The notes under the pieces: generated by a model | Databases searched by the model: none | Told to the model about the DNA's origin: nothing | What the model saw: the letters and a program-made list of their open reading frames with translations, nothing else | Shown: piece by piece, positions 29,494 through 39,969 of the stretch | How the letters are laid out: every line of letters starts with the position of its first letter | How positions within the stretch are numbered: the stretch's first letter is position 1 | Assembly (NCBI GenBank): GCA_963849385.1 | Contig: CAWKHH010000006.1 | Location: forward strand, 381,394-445,393 | DNA: 64,000 bases | DNA from: Ignavibacteriota bacterium | Lineage (GTDB): Bacteria > Bacteroidota > Ignavibacteria > UBA10030 > UBA6906 | Direction of reading: 5' to 3' | Translations under genes and position numbers: made by a program

Positions 29494-31971
29494 ATGGCCA
29501 ATCTTCCTCCATTGCATCGCTCAACTTTCATCTTGTGCGTTCTCTTATTCGCTCTCCTCACCTCCGCCCCGGCCTATGCGGTCACGTCCGGCCAGAATCT
29601 CCGTGAGATGATTCTGCTTGACCCGTCATGGCGTTTCGCTCTGGGTGATGCCAGTTCCATGAAAGGCGATTTTGGCTATGGCAGCGGCTGGCTGTTCGCA
29701 AAAGCAGGCCAGGGGGAGGGCCCTGTCGCGGTCGAATTCAATGACAGCTCCTGGCGCTGCGTGGATCTCCCGCACGATTGGGCCGTGGAACTTGAATTCG
29801 TGAAGTCCGATGAGTGGCCCGTGGAGTCTCACGGCTACAAACCGGTCGGTCGAACCTTCCCGTTGACAACAATCGGATGGTACCGCAAGTCCTTCCCACT
29901 CCCGGAATCCGATCGCGGCAGGCGATTTGAACTGCGGTTCGATGGCGTCTTCCGCAACTGCAATGTGTGGCTCAACGGACACTACCTCGGTAATAATCTC
30001 AGCGGGTACAGTGCCTTCGGATACGATATCACCGACTATGTCCAGTACGGCAAAAAGAACGTGCTCGTTGTGCGCGCAGATGCGAGTCAGAACGAAGGAT
30101 GGTTCTACGAAGGCGCCGGCATCTACCGCCATGCCTGGTTGATCAAACACGCCCCCACCCACATCCCCGAACATGGAACCTTTGTGTGGACAGACCTCGC
30201 CGGCAAGGCTGGTACCGTTCACGTGTCAACGGTGATACGGAATGACAATGTGAGTGCTACTCGCTGCGGACTCGCTCTGTCAGTTCTCGACGCGCAAGGA
30301 ACCGTTGTGGCGTCTGCTGAGGCTACGAGCCGCTCCGTGGGTGCGTTTACCTCCGATTCACTCCTCCAGCACCTCACCATCTCACAACCGCGGCTGTGGG
30401 ACCTTGACCATCCCTATCTCTATCAGCTTGTCTCCGAAGTGAACATTGGGGGGAACGTTGTCGACCGGACGATGACTTCATTCGGCATACGGTCTATCCG
30501 GTTCGACAAAGACAAGGGGTTCTATCTCAATGGCAAGCGCGTTGAACTTCTGGGCGTCTGCTGTCATCAGGATCACGCCGGTGTCGGCGCGGCACTTCCC
30601 GACCGCCTGCAATCGTACCGCATCGAACGTCTTAAAGAGATGGGTGTGAATGCCTACCGCACCAGCCACAACCCTCCCACGCCGGAACTCCTCGATGCCT
30701 GCGATCGACTCGGTATGCTGGTGATGGATGAGAACCGGCTCCTGGGGAGTTCTCCCGAACTCATGAGCCAGTTCGAGCGTCTTGTGCTTCGCGACAGGAA
30801 CCATCCCTCGGTGATTCTCTGGTCGCTCGGCAACGAAGAATGGGTCGTTCAGGACACCGAGCCGGCAAAGAACATTGCCCTCTCCCTGATGAGGCGCATG
30901 AAAGAACTCGACCCGACGCGCACGTGTACCTATGCCGCAAACAATGGCAACCAATTTGAAGGAATCAACAGTGTGATGCCGGTCCGGGGCTTCAATTACT
31001 TTTCCGTCATGGATATTGATAAATACCGGCGAGACCATCCGGATCAGATCCTACTGGGAAGCGAGGAAGCAAGCACCGTCTGCACGCGGGGCATCTTTGC
31101 CAATGACACGGTACGTGGCTACGTAAGCGATTATGACGTCAACGCGACAAGTTGGGGCGCCACCGCGGAACGGTGGTGGAAATTCTATGCTGAACGGGAA
31201 TGGCTTGCAGGCGCGTTTGTATGGACCGGCTTTGACTATCGGGGCGAACCAACCCCCTACAAATGGCCTTGCATCAACTCACACTTCGGCATCATGGACG
31301 TCTGTGGTTTCCCCAAGAACAATTTCTACTATTATCAAGCGTGGTGGACACAGAAGGACGTGCTGCACCTGGCGCCGCACTGGAATTGGCAGGGCCAGGA
31401 AGGAAAGACAATCGACATCTGGTGTCAGAGTAACTGCGATAGCGTAGAACTCCGGTCGAATGGCAAGAGCCTTGGCCGGAAGACGATGGAGCGCAATGGT
31501 CATCTGGAGTGGAAGGTTGCATACGCCCCCGGGAAGATCGAGGCACGCGGATGGAAGGGCGGCAGAATACTCACGACGTTCATCGAAACGACCGGGAATG
31601 CCACCACCCTCCGTCTGACCCCGGATCGCAGAGCGATTACCGCCGACGGAGAAGACTTATGCATGATCACCGTCACCACAACGGATGCTCGGGGACGTGA
31701 AGTGCCGGTTTCGGACAACCTGGTTCGTTTTGCACTCACCGGAAACGGAAGAATCCTGGGCGTGGGCAATGGCGATCCGAGCAGTCATGAGCCTGACAAA
31801 TGTGCAGAAGGAGAGTGGCAGCGGAGACTCTTCAACGGCCGGTGTCAGATTATTGTGCAAGCTGGCCGCAACCCAGGCACGCTGCAACTGCGGGCCTTGT
31901 CTGACGGATTGCAGCCTGCAGAAATCGGCGTGGGAATGCTGGCAGGTGCAGTGCGGCCGTTTGTCGAGTAG
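29494..31971 (+). CDS. secreted glycoside hydrolase family 2 (beta-galactosidase/beta-glucuronidase-like)
   Basis: Signal peptide MANLPPLHRSTFILCVLLFALLTSAPAYA at the internal ATG 29494. GH2 blocks NAYRTSHNPP and RNHPSVILWSLGNEE. Confidence 0.85.
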   Translation: MANLPPLHRSTFILCVLLFALLTSAPAYAVTSGQNLREMILLDPSWRFALGDASSMKGDFGYGSGWLFAKAGQGEGPVAVEFNDSSWRCVDLPHDWAVELEFVKSDEWPVESHGYKPVGRTFPLTTIGWYRKSFPLPESDRGRRFELRFDGVFRNCNVWLNGHYLGNNLSGYSAFGYDITDYVQYGKKNVLVVRADASQNEGWFYEGAGIYRHAWLIKHAPTHIPEHGTFVWTDLAGKAGTVHVSTVIRNDNVSATRCGLALSVLDAQGTVVASAEATSRSVGAFTSDSLLQHLTISQPRLWDLDHPYLYQLVSEVNIGGNVVDRTMTSFGIRSIRFDKDKGFYLNGKRVELLGVCCHQDHAGVGAALPDRLQSYRIERLKEMGVNAYRTSHNPPTPELLDACDRLGMLVMDENRLLGSSPELMSQFERLVLRDRNHPSVILWSLGNEEWVVQDTEPAKNIALSLMRRMKELDPTRTCTYAANNGNQFEGINSVMPVRGFNYFSVMDIDKYRRDHPDQILLGSEEASTVCTRGIFANDTVRGYVSDYDVNATSWGATAERWWKFYAEREWLAGAFVWTGFDYRGEPTPYKWPCINSHFGIMDVCGFPKNNFYYYQAWWTQKDVLHLAPHWNWQGQEGKTIDIWCQSNCDSVELRSNGKSLGRKTMERNGHLEWKVAYAPGKIEARGWKGGRILTTFIETTGNATTLRLTPDRRAITADGEDLCMITVTTTDARGREVPVSDNLVRFALTGNGRILGVGNGDPSSHEPDKCAEGEWQRRLFNGRCQIIVQAGRNPGTLQLRALSDGLQPAEIGVGMLAGAVRPFVE

Positions 31972-32003
31972 CTTCTCATCGCCGGTGAAGGCAATACTTC
32001 CGT

Positions 32004-33086
32004 TCACTGTCCGGCGCGGATCGCAGCGGCACGATCCATGATTGCTTCCCGTGACTCTCCTGCTGCGGCGTACATGGCGAAGACGTTTTCCAGCGGCGTT
32101 TCCGGCGGAACGGAATGTGACGCGGCAAGAATGTAGCCGCCGCCGTCTGCCGTCATCTCCTCGATGAGTGTCCGCGTTTTCCTGAACACCTCTTCCGCCG
32201 TCCCGCGCGGGAGAAGTTCCTGGGTATCCACGCCGCCCATGAATGCCAGATCCCTTCCGAATTCCCTTTTCAGGCTCAACGGTTCCATTCCCGGACAATT
32301 GCACTGGATCGGGTTGAGGACATCAAGGCCGATCTCGATCAGATCGGGAATGATAGGACGGATCGCGCCGCAGGAATGATACGCAACGGGCAGGTGGTAT
32401 CGTTTTCCGACGCCGAAGATACCGGCAAGGTGCGGACGAATGGATTCCCGCCAGCGTTTCGGGCTCAGGATCATTGCCTCTTGCCCGCCCACATCATCGC
32501 CTGTCCACAACCAATCAAGAGCGAAGCGGTCACATGCTTCGGTCGCCAGGTGCACGGCAAATGCGGCCGCCTTGCCAAGCAGCACATCCGCAGTCTCTGG
32601 CGCAGCCGCAAGATCGAAGAGTGCATCTTCCATCCCCCGGATGCGGAACAACAACTCAAGCAGGCAGGGCGATATGTCGCACCCGATGAAGAAATCGTTG
32701 CGGTGGGCGATTACCGCATGCATATTTGACAGGAGGTCCTCCGTGCGGTCGTAGGGGAAGGCATATCGCCGGACTTCCGTCTCTTCCGCATGTGCCAGCG
32801 GTGACCGGCGGATCTGGTTGAACAAGCCCTCCTTCACCCATTCAACCCCCCAGAAGTCGGTATGGGAGTCCCCTTCGCGTTCATGAACGATCCCTTCCAT
32901 GGCGTGATTGTTGCCTACCCAGGTTTGCCGGATGTCATCGCCCAATGCATCGGCAAGGCGTTGTGGTGGGATTTCAAGACAGGACGCTAGTTGTGTAGCG
33001 AGCGAGGGGTGAAACCACATCCAGATTGGGACGCGGTCTACGGGTGTGCGATGCAGTGCAGCAAGTACGCGGTCTTTATGGCGCAT
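32004..33086 (-). CDS. uroporphyrinogen decarboxylase (URO-D) family protein, MtaA/CmuA-like
   Basis: 360 aa with the N-terminus RVLAALHRTPVDRVPIWMWFHP and overall URO-D-like TIM-barrel length. Confidence 0.55.
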   Translation of the reverse strand: MRHKDRVLAALHRTPVDRVPIWMWFHPSLATQLASCLEIPPQRLADALGDDIRQTWVGNNHAMEGIVHEREGDSHTDFWGVEWVKEGLFNQIRRSPLAHAEETEVRRYAFPYDRTEDLLSNMHAVIAHRNDFFIGCDISPCLLELLFRIRGMEDALFDLAAAPETADVLLGKAAAFAVHLATEACDRFALDWLWTGDDVGGQEAMILSPKRWRESIRPHLAGIFGVGKRYHLPVAYHSCGAIRPIIPDLIEIGLDVLNPIQCNCPGMEPLSLKREFGRDLAFMGGVDTQELLPRGTAEEVFRKTRTLIEEMTADGGGYILAASHSVPPETPLENVFAMYAAAGESREAIMDRAAAIRAGQ

Positions 33087-33230
33087 AGGGACGTAAATTG
33101 CGATACGATAAGTTCCGGATTGCCTGCAACAAATGCAACCAGCCAGCGCATCAGCGCATGTCTGTCCAGTTGCGCATGTTTTGGCTTTTTGCGAGATTTC
33201 GGCATCTCGTTCTTAACCAGCCGGAGAATC

Positions 33231-34091
33231 ATGCTCGAACTCCAGACAAATCTCAAGCGCAAGATCGAACTCCTTGGCCTCGCCCTCGATAATGCGCCGT
33301 GTTATCGCGACGTCGATTTCGCAGCCATGTTTCGACGGGATGTCCCGACAATCAAGCGTGACATGAAGGAACTCCGCGGCGAGGGGATTGACATTCACTC
33401 AGAGCGGAGCAAGGGGATTCAGGTCAGCAGTGACATTGACACAGGCCTGCTTCGGCGGCTGATTATCCAATATATGGGCCTCTGCACGGCAGAGGGGGGA
33501 GTTGACAGGGCAACCCGCCTCATGGTCAAGAAAATCAAGGCGAAATCCCTCAGCAATCTCGTGAGACTTCAACAATGCATCGAGAGATCGAAGATTATCC
33601 GGATTGACTACCAGAAAGATGGCCGTCGCAGGGAAAAGGACCGCGAGCTGCACCCCCTGCTCATCTTCAGCAGCGATGGCTACTGGCGTTTGCTGGCTCT
33701 CCATCAAGGAGAAATGAAGCAGTATCATCTGAACAAACTGCTCGATGTCCGTCCGACCGACAGAACATTCAAAAGGCCGCCTCAGGAAGACATCGAGAAA
33801 GTATTCCGTTATTCCTTCCGTAGCTGGATCGGCCCTGAAGAACATCACATCACACTGCGGCTTGATCGCATCTGGGCCGAGCGGATTCAACCCCAACAGC
33901 TGCTGGAGACACAGGCAATTACGGCGGAAGGTGATGGTTCGGTCACGTTTGAGGCGACAGTCAATTCGCTCAGCGAGGTCGCAGGTTGGGTGGTCAGCCG
34001 CGGGAAGGGTGTCACCGTGGTGGAACCCGAGGCATTGCGGAACATGGTGATCGACACGGCACGTGGAGTGCTCGACAACTACCCGGCCTGA
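33231..34091 (+). CDS. WYL-domain transcriptional regulator (HTH + WYL + WCX-like)
   Basis: Start at the internal ATG (MLELQTNLKRK). HTH region DVPTIKRDMKELRGEGIDI, WYL core IDYQKDGRRREKDRELHPLLIFSSDGYWRLLALH, and C-terminal GVTVVEPEALRNMV. Confidence 0.65.
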   Translation: MLELQTNLKRKIELLGLALDNAPCYRDVDFAAMFRRDVPTIKRDMKELRGEGIDIHSERSKGIQVSSDIDTGLLRRLIIQYMGLCTAEGGVDRATRLMVKKIKAKSLSNLVRLQQCIERSKIIRIDYQKDGRRREKDRELHPLLIFSSDGYWRLLALHQGEMKQYHLNKLLDVRPTDRTFKRPPQEDIEKVFRYSFRSWIGPEEHHITLRLDRIWAERIQPQQLLETQAITAEGDGSVTFEATVNSLSEVAGWVVSRGKGVTVVEPEALRNMVIDTARGVLDNYPA

Positions 34092-35413
34092 ACCACCTGC
34101 GGTGCGGTCGGTTCGGTGAGAAGCTGCTGGTGAAACTGAATACCCATGCTCGTGAGTTGTGCGAACGGCATTTCCCCTCCGGCGCAGACGAACACCTGTT
34201 CGTTTCTCAACTCGATTTTCCCCTCCGGCGTTGCCAGCACCACATGGTGATTCTGAATCTCCTGAACGACGGAGTTCATGACGAGCTTCAGGCGTTTGCT
34301 CCGCACCTGCTCGCGCATGTGCACGGCGTTGCGTTCTTTGATCTTCGAAAACTCCGCCTGCCGATAAGAGAGGGTCACTCGATTGGCCTTCTGGATGGCA
34401 AGAGCGATTGCTGCCTCCACGGCGGAGTCCCCACCGCCGACAACAAGCAGGTCCATGTCCGTATACGACGCGGCATCAATTAACTGGTACACCACCTTCG
34501 GGAGATCTTCTCCGGGCACTCCGAGGCGGCGCGGAATCCCGCGTCTTCCCATGGCCAGGATGATTGCCCCCGTCAGGTATTCGTCTTTGGATGAACGGAC
34601 ACGGAACATGCCATCCACCGATCGGACTTCCACCATCTTTTCATCAGTCTTTACTTCGAGCCCGGTGGTTCGGATGATTTTCTCCCAGGTCTCCAGCAGC
34701 TGTTCTTTGCTCGCTTCCGTCAACCGCAATCTCCCCCAGACCGGAAGATCCACCGGAGAGGTGAGCACGATCTTTCTCCGGGGATAGCGGAGAATAGTCC
34801 CCCCGATTCCCCCTTGTTCGAGAATGGCATAGCGCAAATTCAGACTTACCGCGGTCAATCCGGCCGATAACCCCGCGGGTCCGGCCCCCACCACGAGAAC
34901 ATCCAGCGCCCCCGGAGTTGCTTTGGTCCGTGACGCTACGGCTTCGACCGCACGACGACCCTGAAGGACTGCGTTCTTGATCAAACCCATTCCCCCCAGT
35001 TCCCCTGCGATGAAGATTCCTGGCACTGAAGTTTCATACTCCTCAGTGAGGACAGGCAGATGCGCACTGCGGCCCGGAGGCGCCATGAGAAGCGTGATCG
35101 CTCCAACGGGACATGCTTCTGCGCACAGACCGTGCCCCACGCACTTCGCTCCATGAACAAGGATGGCCTTCCCTCCAATCAGGCCAAGAACGCCGTCCTC
35201 CGGACATGCTGCGACACAACTGCCACACCCTATGCAGGCAATACCGTCAATATGCGGATGTATTGATGTCGCTGCCTGCAGACCGGTTATCTGCATTTCT
35301 TCGAACTGAGCCCTGGCCTTGCGTTCTCGCCGTTTGGCACGCAAGGCATAGGGGACCACCACGGCTGTGATAAGAATGGCGGCAATGAGAGTGGTGAGCA
35401 ACGAGTCAGACAT
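34079..35413 (-). CDS. membrane-anchored 2x[4Fe-4S] ferredoxin domain fused to thioredoxin-reductase-like FAD/NAD(P) oxidoreductase
   Basis: N-terminal TM LLTTLIAAILITAVVVPYAL. Cys clusters CIGCGSCVAACPE and CVGHGLCAEACP. Dinucleotide folds VLVVGAGPAGLSAG and LLVVGGGDSAVEAA. Confidence 0.75.
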   Translation of the reverse strand: MSDSLLTTLIAAILITAVVVPYALRAKRRERKARAQFEEMQITGLQAATSIHPHIDGIACIGCGSCVAACPEDGVLGLIGGKAILVHGAKCVGHGLCAEACPVGAITLLMAPPGRSAHLPVLTEEYETSVPGIFIAGELGGMGLIKNAVLQGRRAVEAVASRTKATPGALDVLVVGAGPAGLSAGLTAVSLNLRYAILEQGGIGGTILRYPRRKIVLTSPVDLPVWGRLRLTEASKEQLLETWEKIIRTTGLEVKTDEKMVEVRSVDGMFRVRSSKDEYLTGAIILAMGRRGIPRRLGVPGEDLPKVVYQLIDAASYTDMDLLVVGGGDSAVEAAIALAIQKANRVTLSYRQAEFSKIKERNAVHMREQVRSKRLKLVMNSVVQEIQNHHVVLATPEGKIELRNEQVFVCAGGEMPFAQLTSMGIQFHQQLLTEPTAPQVVQAG

Positions 35414-35427
35414 AGTGTCTCTGAGTG

Positions 35428-37035
35428 TTAGAAATGGAATCCGGCTTCCGCAAAAACTCTATAAAGGAGACGATCACTCTCCCGTACGCGATCGGCAAAC
35501 AGCGTGACATACCACCCGCGGGTCACATTCCAGCTTGCACTCCCGGTGAAGCGTTGATATGGTGACACGTGCGTCACCGGTCATTCAGACCGAGCGGAGT
35601 GAAGGCATACTGATTCCATCGAAGTGAAAGCACCACAGACCCCTGTCGGAGCATACTCCAGATCGCCGGTGATATCGTTCCCGTCGGTGTAGGGGCTTTT
35701 GACACGCATGTACTGTCCGCCGAGCGAAATGTCCGAACCACCGATATCCGACAGCCGGACGCCGGACCCGCCGGAATATCCCACCGGCAAGCCTCCGGCT
35801 GGTGCGCGGTATCCGCCCAGAAGCGAGAGTGCAACGTTCAGCGGGAGCCGGAAAAACACTGACCCCCGACAGCCCTGACGGAGATCCCTGTCACGCAACG
35901 AGTCTGCGAGAGATTTTTCGGTTTCCAGAAATTCAACCCGCCGGGTCGCATCATATCCCAGGTTGGCGGTGAGCCAATCAAGAGGCTGATAGTTCATTGT
36001 GATGAACGTGTTGGTCAGCCGGAAGTCCGCTTGGCGCACATCACCATCTTTGCGGTGCAGGTCTATTTCCGTACTCTGATAGCAGGAACAATGTCGACGA
36101 GAGCGCCGCAGAGTTCTGCACGTACAGGAAATCACGATCCAGAATCCCGCGATACAGCTGCTGGCCGTAGGCAATGGTGGTGCTGCTACGAAGGGAAGTT
36201 CCCTCCGCCCACGCAACGTTGAGAAATCCGGCGATCTTCTGGGTCTGGCTGTCGAACCCGAAGTCCGGTAGTCAGGTTGAAAACCACCGAGAACTCCCGT
36301 CGTCAGTGTCCCCGTTCGGACCATGACCTGAGCACCATCCACAAGCCCCAGCCCTCCGACATATGCGGATGAAATACGCCCCACACTGAACCCGTACCAT
36401 TGACGCGGGTCATCCATTCCGAGAGCCAAATCATACAGACGCAGTGTAGTCCCTTCGGTCGACCACGATCCGACGGTTGATCCGAGGGATCCATCGACTC
36501 TGCCGTGAACACTGAACGTGAGGCTCGTGCCTGCAATCGGATCCGAATAGAGGCGAAGGAGGAGTGAAGGCCGGGAGAGCGTCGATGCTCCCCCAAACTC
36601 GCCCCCTCCCGCGTACTGCAGGCCGATCCGGCCGTGAAGCGAGACTTCTGTGAAGCATTCACTCGAGAAGGTGGTACCAAAGCCCTTTCAACGGTATCGT
36701 GCGGGACATCCCGCGGACCGTCGTGCGGGCAAGACGCCGGCAAAGAACACCGTATCCCCGACCGAGGCGGAATCCCCAGGTGTTACGACCTGCGCAGAGC
36801 TCGAACTGTTTGAGACAGCGGTAATGACCAGCCGTCCTGCAGCGATCCGACGACGATAGATTGTTCCTGTGTCGCCCGGTGCAAGGGATCGATTCTTCCC
36901 TCCGTCCAGGTACACGGTCTGTGACGTGATGTACGATATCGTCACCACAAACGACTGTGCCGTCCTCTCCTGTGCTTGTCCGACACCGGAACAAGCCGGC
37001 AGTGTCAGCAAGAGCATTCCTCCGGGTCTCCTCAT
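35428..37035 (-). pseudogene. outer-membrane beta-barrel protein (~535 aa if repaired), ATGA-coupled to the upstream cytochrome; at least 5 frame disruptions
   Basis: ATG 37035 overlaps the repaired cytochrome stop (GGAGGATGA). Signal peptide MRRPGGMLLLTLPACSG. Native-looking strand segments switch frame: ...GGFQPDY / GFDSQTQKIAGFLNVAWAEGTSLRSSTTIAYGQQLY... / YQSTEIDLHRKDGDVRQADFRLTNTFITMNY... / VVLSLRWNQYAFTPLGLND / ...WYVTLFADRVRESDRLLYRVFAEAGFHF-TAA (35428). The terminal aromatic F is OMP-like. Confidence 0.6.
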
Positions 37036-38282
37036 CCTCCGGTCCCTCTTGGGTGACAGTTGTAGCATGCCTGGCTGTCGTACGTGTAGCCGTTTCTTCC
37101 CGGAGTGCTTCGAGTCCATGCTTGCCTGGTTATGCTCATGACAGGTCAAACATGAAAAGACCGCAAAGTTTGTTGCACTGGTGTGACAATCGGAACAGGC
37201 ATTCCACCTTCCCGGTGCATGGCTGGATCCTGCAGAAATCGGGAAGAATCCTGAGTGGTTAAAGGTTGAGGGACGCCACGCGGATGTCGAATGACATGTG
37301 ACACAGGTGGTTGGAAACGAGCCCGACGAATGTACCGGATTCAAGGCGCCGGTATAGTCCGGTTGATGGCATGCATAGCAATCTGTCGGCGTTCCCTTGA
37401 AACGATTCCCAACATGGCATGACGCACAGGTCGCTGTCGTGTGCGCGCCAGCCAGGGCGAATCCCGTTTGTGCATGCGCAAAGGAGCTGCTCCATGACGC
37501 GGCGTTCGCAGAATGGCAGTCTATACACGTTGTCGGAAATCCCGCCGCCGCATGCGCAGGATTCTTGGTGGCCGTATAGTCGTTCTGATGGCAGCTGTTA
37601 CAATCGGTCGGAGTGCCTTTGAAACGGTTCCCGGCATGGCATGACGCGCAGGTCGCCGCCGCGTGCGCTCCGGCGAGTATGAACCCGGTCTGCGCATGGT
37701 TAAAAGAGCCGCCCCATGTGGTTGCCTGGACCGAATGACAGGACGCGCACTCGGTGCTGATACCCGATGCCGCGTGGGGAGGCGCGACCGCGGCCTGATA
37801 GTCCTTTGCGTGACAGCTGTAGCATTCGATGGACAACCCCACATATTGATGCTTCTGCTCTTGAATGTGGCACTGCTCGCACGAAGCGTTCAGATGCCCA
37901 CCGGTGAGAGGGAAACGAGTTTGTGCGTGCCGGCGGGGCATGTCAGCTACGAGCCACGACTGCGGGGTATGACATCGATCGCAGGCGAGTCCCAGCTCCC
38001 CCCGATGGATATCCGCATGACAGGAGGCACATCGCACAGGAGCTTCGGAGAACGTCAGCGTCGTGTGACATTGACGGCATGGAACGGTGAGATGTTGTCC
38101 GGTCAGGCAAACGACGTTTTTGCATGGTCAAACTTGATAGCCGCGAGTTCTATTTCCCAGGATTCAGTCGAGTGGCACGTGGTACACGGCACCGAGATTT
38201 TTCCGTGCGGACTGTCCTGGCACACAAGCACCCCGGCATTTCCCAGAAGAACCGCAACGACGATCCGGAAGCGGTGGTTCAT
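37032..38282 (-). CDS. multihaem c-type cytochrome, 16 CXXCH sites (two apparent frame changes)
   Basis: ATG 38282 has GGAGG 8 nt upstream and begins MNHRFRIVVAVLLGNAGVLVC. CTTCH lies in ORF 38103..38624 and CRQCH plus 13 CXXCH in the frame of ORF 36688..38037. A shift near 37090 gives the C-terminus GYTYDSQACYNCHPRGTGG-TGA. Confidence 0.8.
37261..37704 (-). repeat. tandem 222-nt (74-aa) duplication encoding a tri-haem module inside the 16-haem cytochrome
   Basis: FNHAQTGFILAGAHAAATCASCHAGNRFKGTPTDCNSCHQNDYTATKNPAHAAAGFPTTCIDCHS... is followed directly by FAHAQTGFALAGAHTTATCASCHVGNRFKGTPTDCYACHQPDYTGALNPVHSSGSFPTTCVTCHS... Confidence 0.8.
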
Positions 38283-38298
38283 CGGTGTGGTCCTCCGT

Positions 38299-39967
38299 TC
38301 ATTTGCAGCAGCGCTGTCCGACGGTGTGGCGGCACCATGACACCCCTCGCACGTCAACGGAATTCCCTGGAATTGCCACGCGTCGACACCACGGGTGCTG
38401 TGCGAGGACGTTGTGGCATGCAGCGCATGCAAGGCGCACATGTTTTCCATCAAGGGGGAACCGGGTTTGCTCGTGACGAAACCGGACATCCGTCCAGCCG
38501 ACAGTGGTGTGGCAAGCCACGCACGCCGGTATCCAGCGGTCAAAGCGGCCCTGGTGCGGATCCTTGTGACAATCCACACACTGCGGGGGAGCTGTCCGTG
38601 TGAACTGTTGGACCTGTTTTCCATTTACAGTGTTGCGCGCATGGCACTTGTCACATGGTACGGCCTCGTGCCCTCCGTCGAGCGCCATTCGGGTCGTGTT
38701 GTGCATTACAGCGGTATACGTCGCGGGGACAAACCCGGTCTCCAGGTGGCAAGCAGCACAATCGCGCGGGTTGGTCCCGCCTGCGAACTGCCCCGCATGG
38801 GGATCCGCATGGCAACTCGCGCATCGTTCGTAGCCGGCGAGATTCACCGGCACTGTTGGTGCGCCACTTCGTTTCCCGTGACACTCCATACATTTCAAAG
38901 AAAGGTGCTTTCCCCGCAACGCAAAGTGCGTCGTCCCATGGTCGTAATTCTTCATTGGTCCTTCGCGCCAGCCTGCCTCAACGTGACATCGTTCGCACCC
39001 TGTCTGAGGTTGGCGTGCAGTGAACTGGCCATTGTGCGGGTCAGTGTGGCAGTCTGCGCACTTCTGGAATTTCTCAAATCGGAGCGCGTGGCCACCGGCC
39101 TTTGCGCCGCCGCCTAAGTGGCATGCAACACATTCCTGGCGGGCATGGAGCCCCCGCAGGGGAAATCTTGTCGTCGCATGGTTGAATTTCGACTCCGCCT
39201 GTTTCCATCCCGCCGTGGAGTGGCAAGACTCACAGGTTCCTTGAAGTTTTCCCCGGTGCGGGTCCGTATGACAGTCAATGCACCGCTCGAAGGCAATCCC
39301 CCTGAAGCGTACGACTGCAGGATCTGAGGTAGACGGCTTATGACAGCGCGTACATGGCACATCACCATGCCGCCCGGTAAGGCGAAATCGTGCGTTATCG
39401 TGCGAGAAGCCGGTGACGGGCTTCCACCGTTCTGTGGTGTGGCACGTTCGACACTCCGAAGTGAACTGTCCGTGATGGGCATCGTTATGACAGGCCACGC
39501 ACGACGTACTGAGCCCGAGGTATGTGCCGTGACGCAGCAGCGCCTGATTTGCGCGGACATCCGCTGCTTGTACAAACTGGGCCTTGTGGCACGATGTGCA
39601 CTCCTGGTTCGCGTGTTTTCCGTCAAGGGCAAACCCGGTCGCCTTCTGATGATCGTACCCGGCCTGGTTGAATCGTGTGATGCTGAACGAACGACCATGG
39701 TGTTCTTTATGACATTCCACACACTCATGACCGGCCAGTTTCGCATGGTACCCCTTGTTGGCGGTGATTCGCGATTTGAGTTCCTGATGACAGTCGAGGC
39801 ATTTGTCATTGGATATCGCCTTGCCGATCGCATGGCAGCGGGTACAATGTGACATGCCCTCCAGCTCCGCATGAGCTGCAGAAAGCTCTCCGGGGGAGAT
39901 CTGTGCCAAACGCCGCCCCGCACAGTGCTGCGCCAGTGAAAAGAATCCCTGCAATGACCTTGCGCAT
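38299..39967 (-). CDS. multihaem c-type cytochrome, 19-20 CXXCH sites (frame changes at both ends)
   Basis: 19 CXXCH in ORF 38299..39954. Signal peptide MRKVIAGILFTGAALCG starts at ATG 39967 in another frame, 2 nt after the upstream stop. The last ~35 aa of the ORF look non-native, while the adjoining frame carries ...GIPLTCEGCHGAATPSD (a 20th site). Confidence 0.8.
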
Positions 39968-39969
39968 TG

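Noticed and set aside
38282-38420. Reading the two cytochromes as one fused ~36-haem polypeptide, since the CEGCH-containing frame runs into MNHRF without a stop.
   Set aside because: A GGAGG box sits 8 nt before ATG 38282 and a signal-peptide-like MNHRFRIVVAVLLGNAGVLVC follows. Adding one A to the run in GCAAATGAA would create AAAK-TGA just upstream. Two genes are therefore more likely, but this is unresolved without better sequence.
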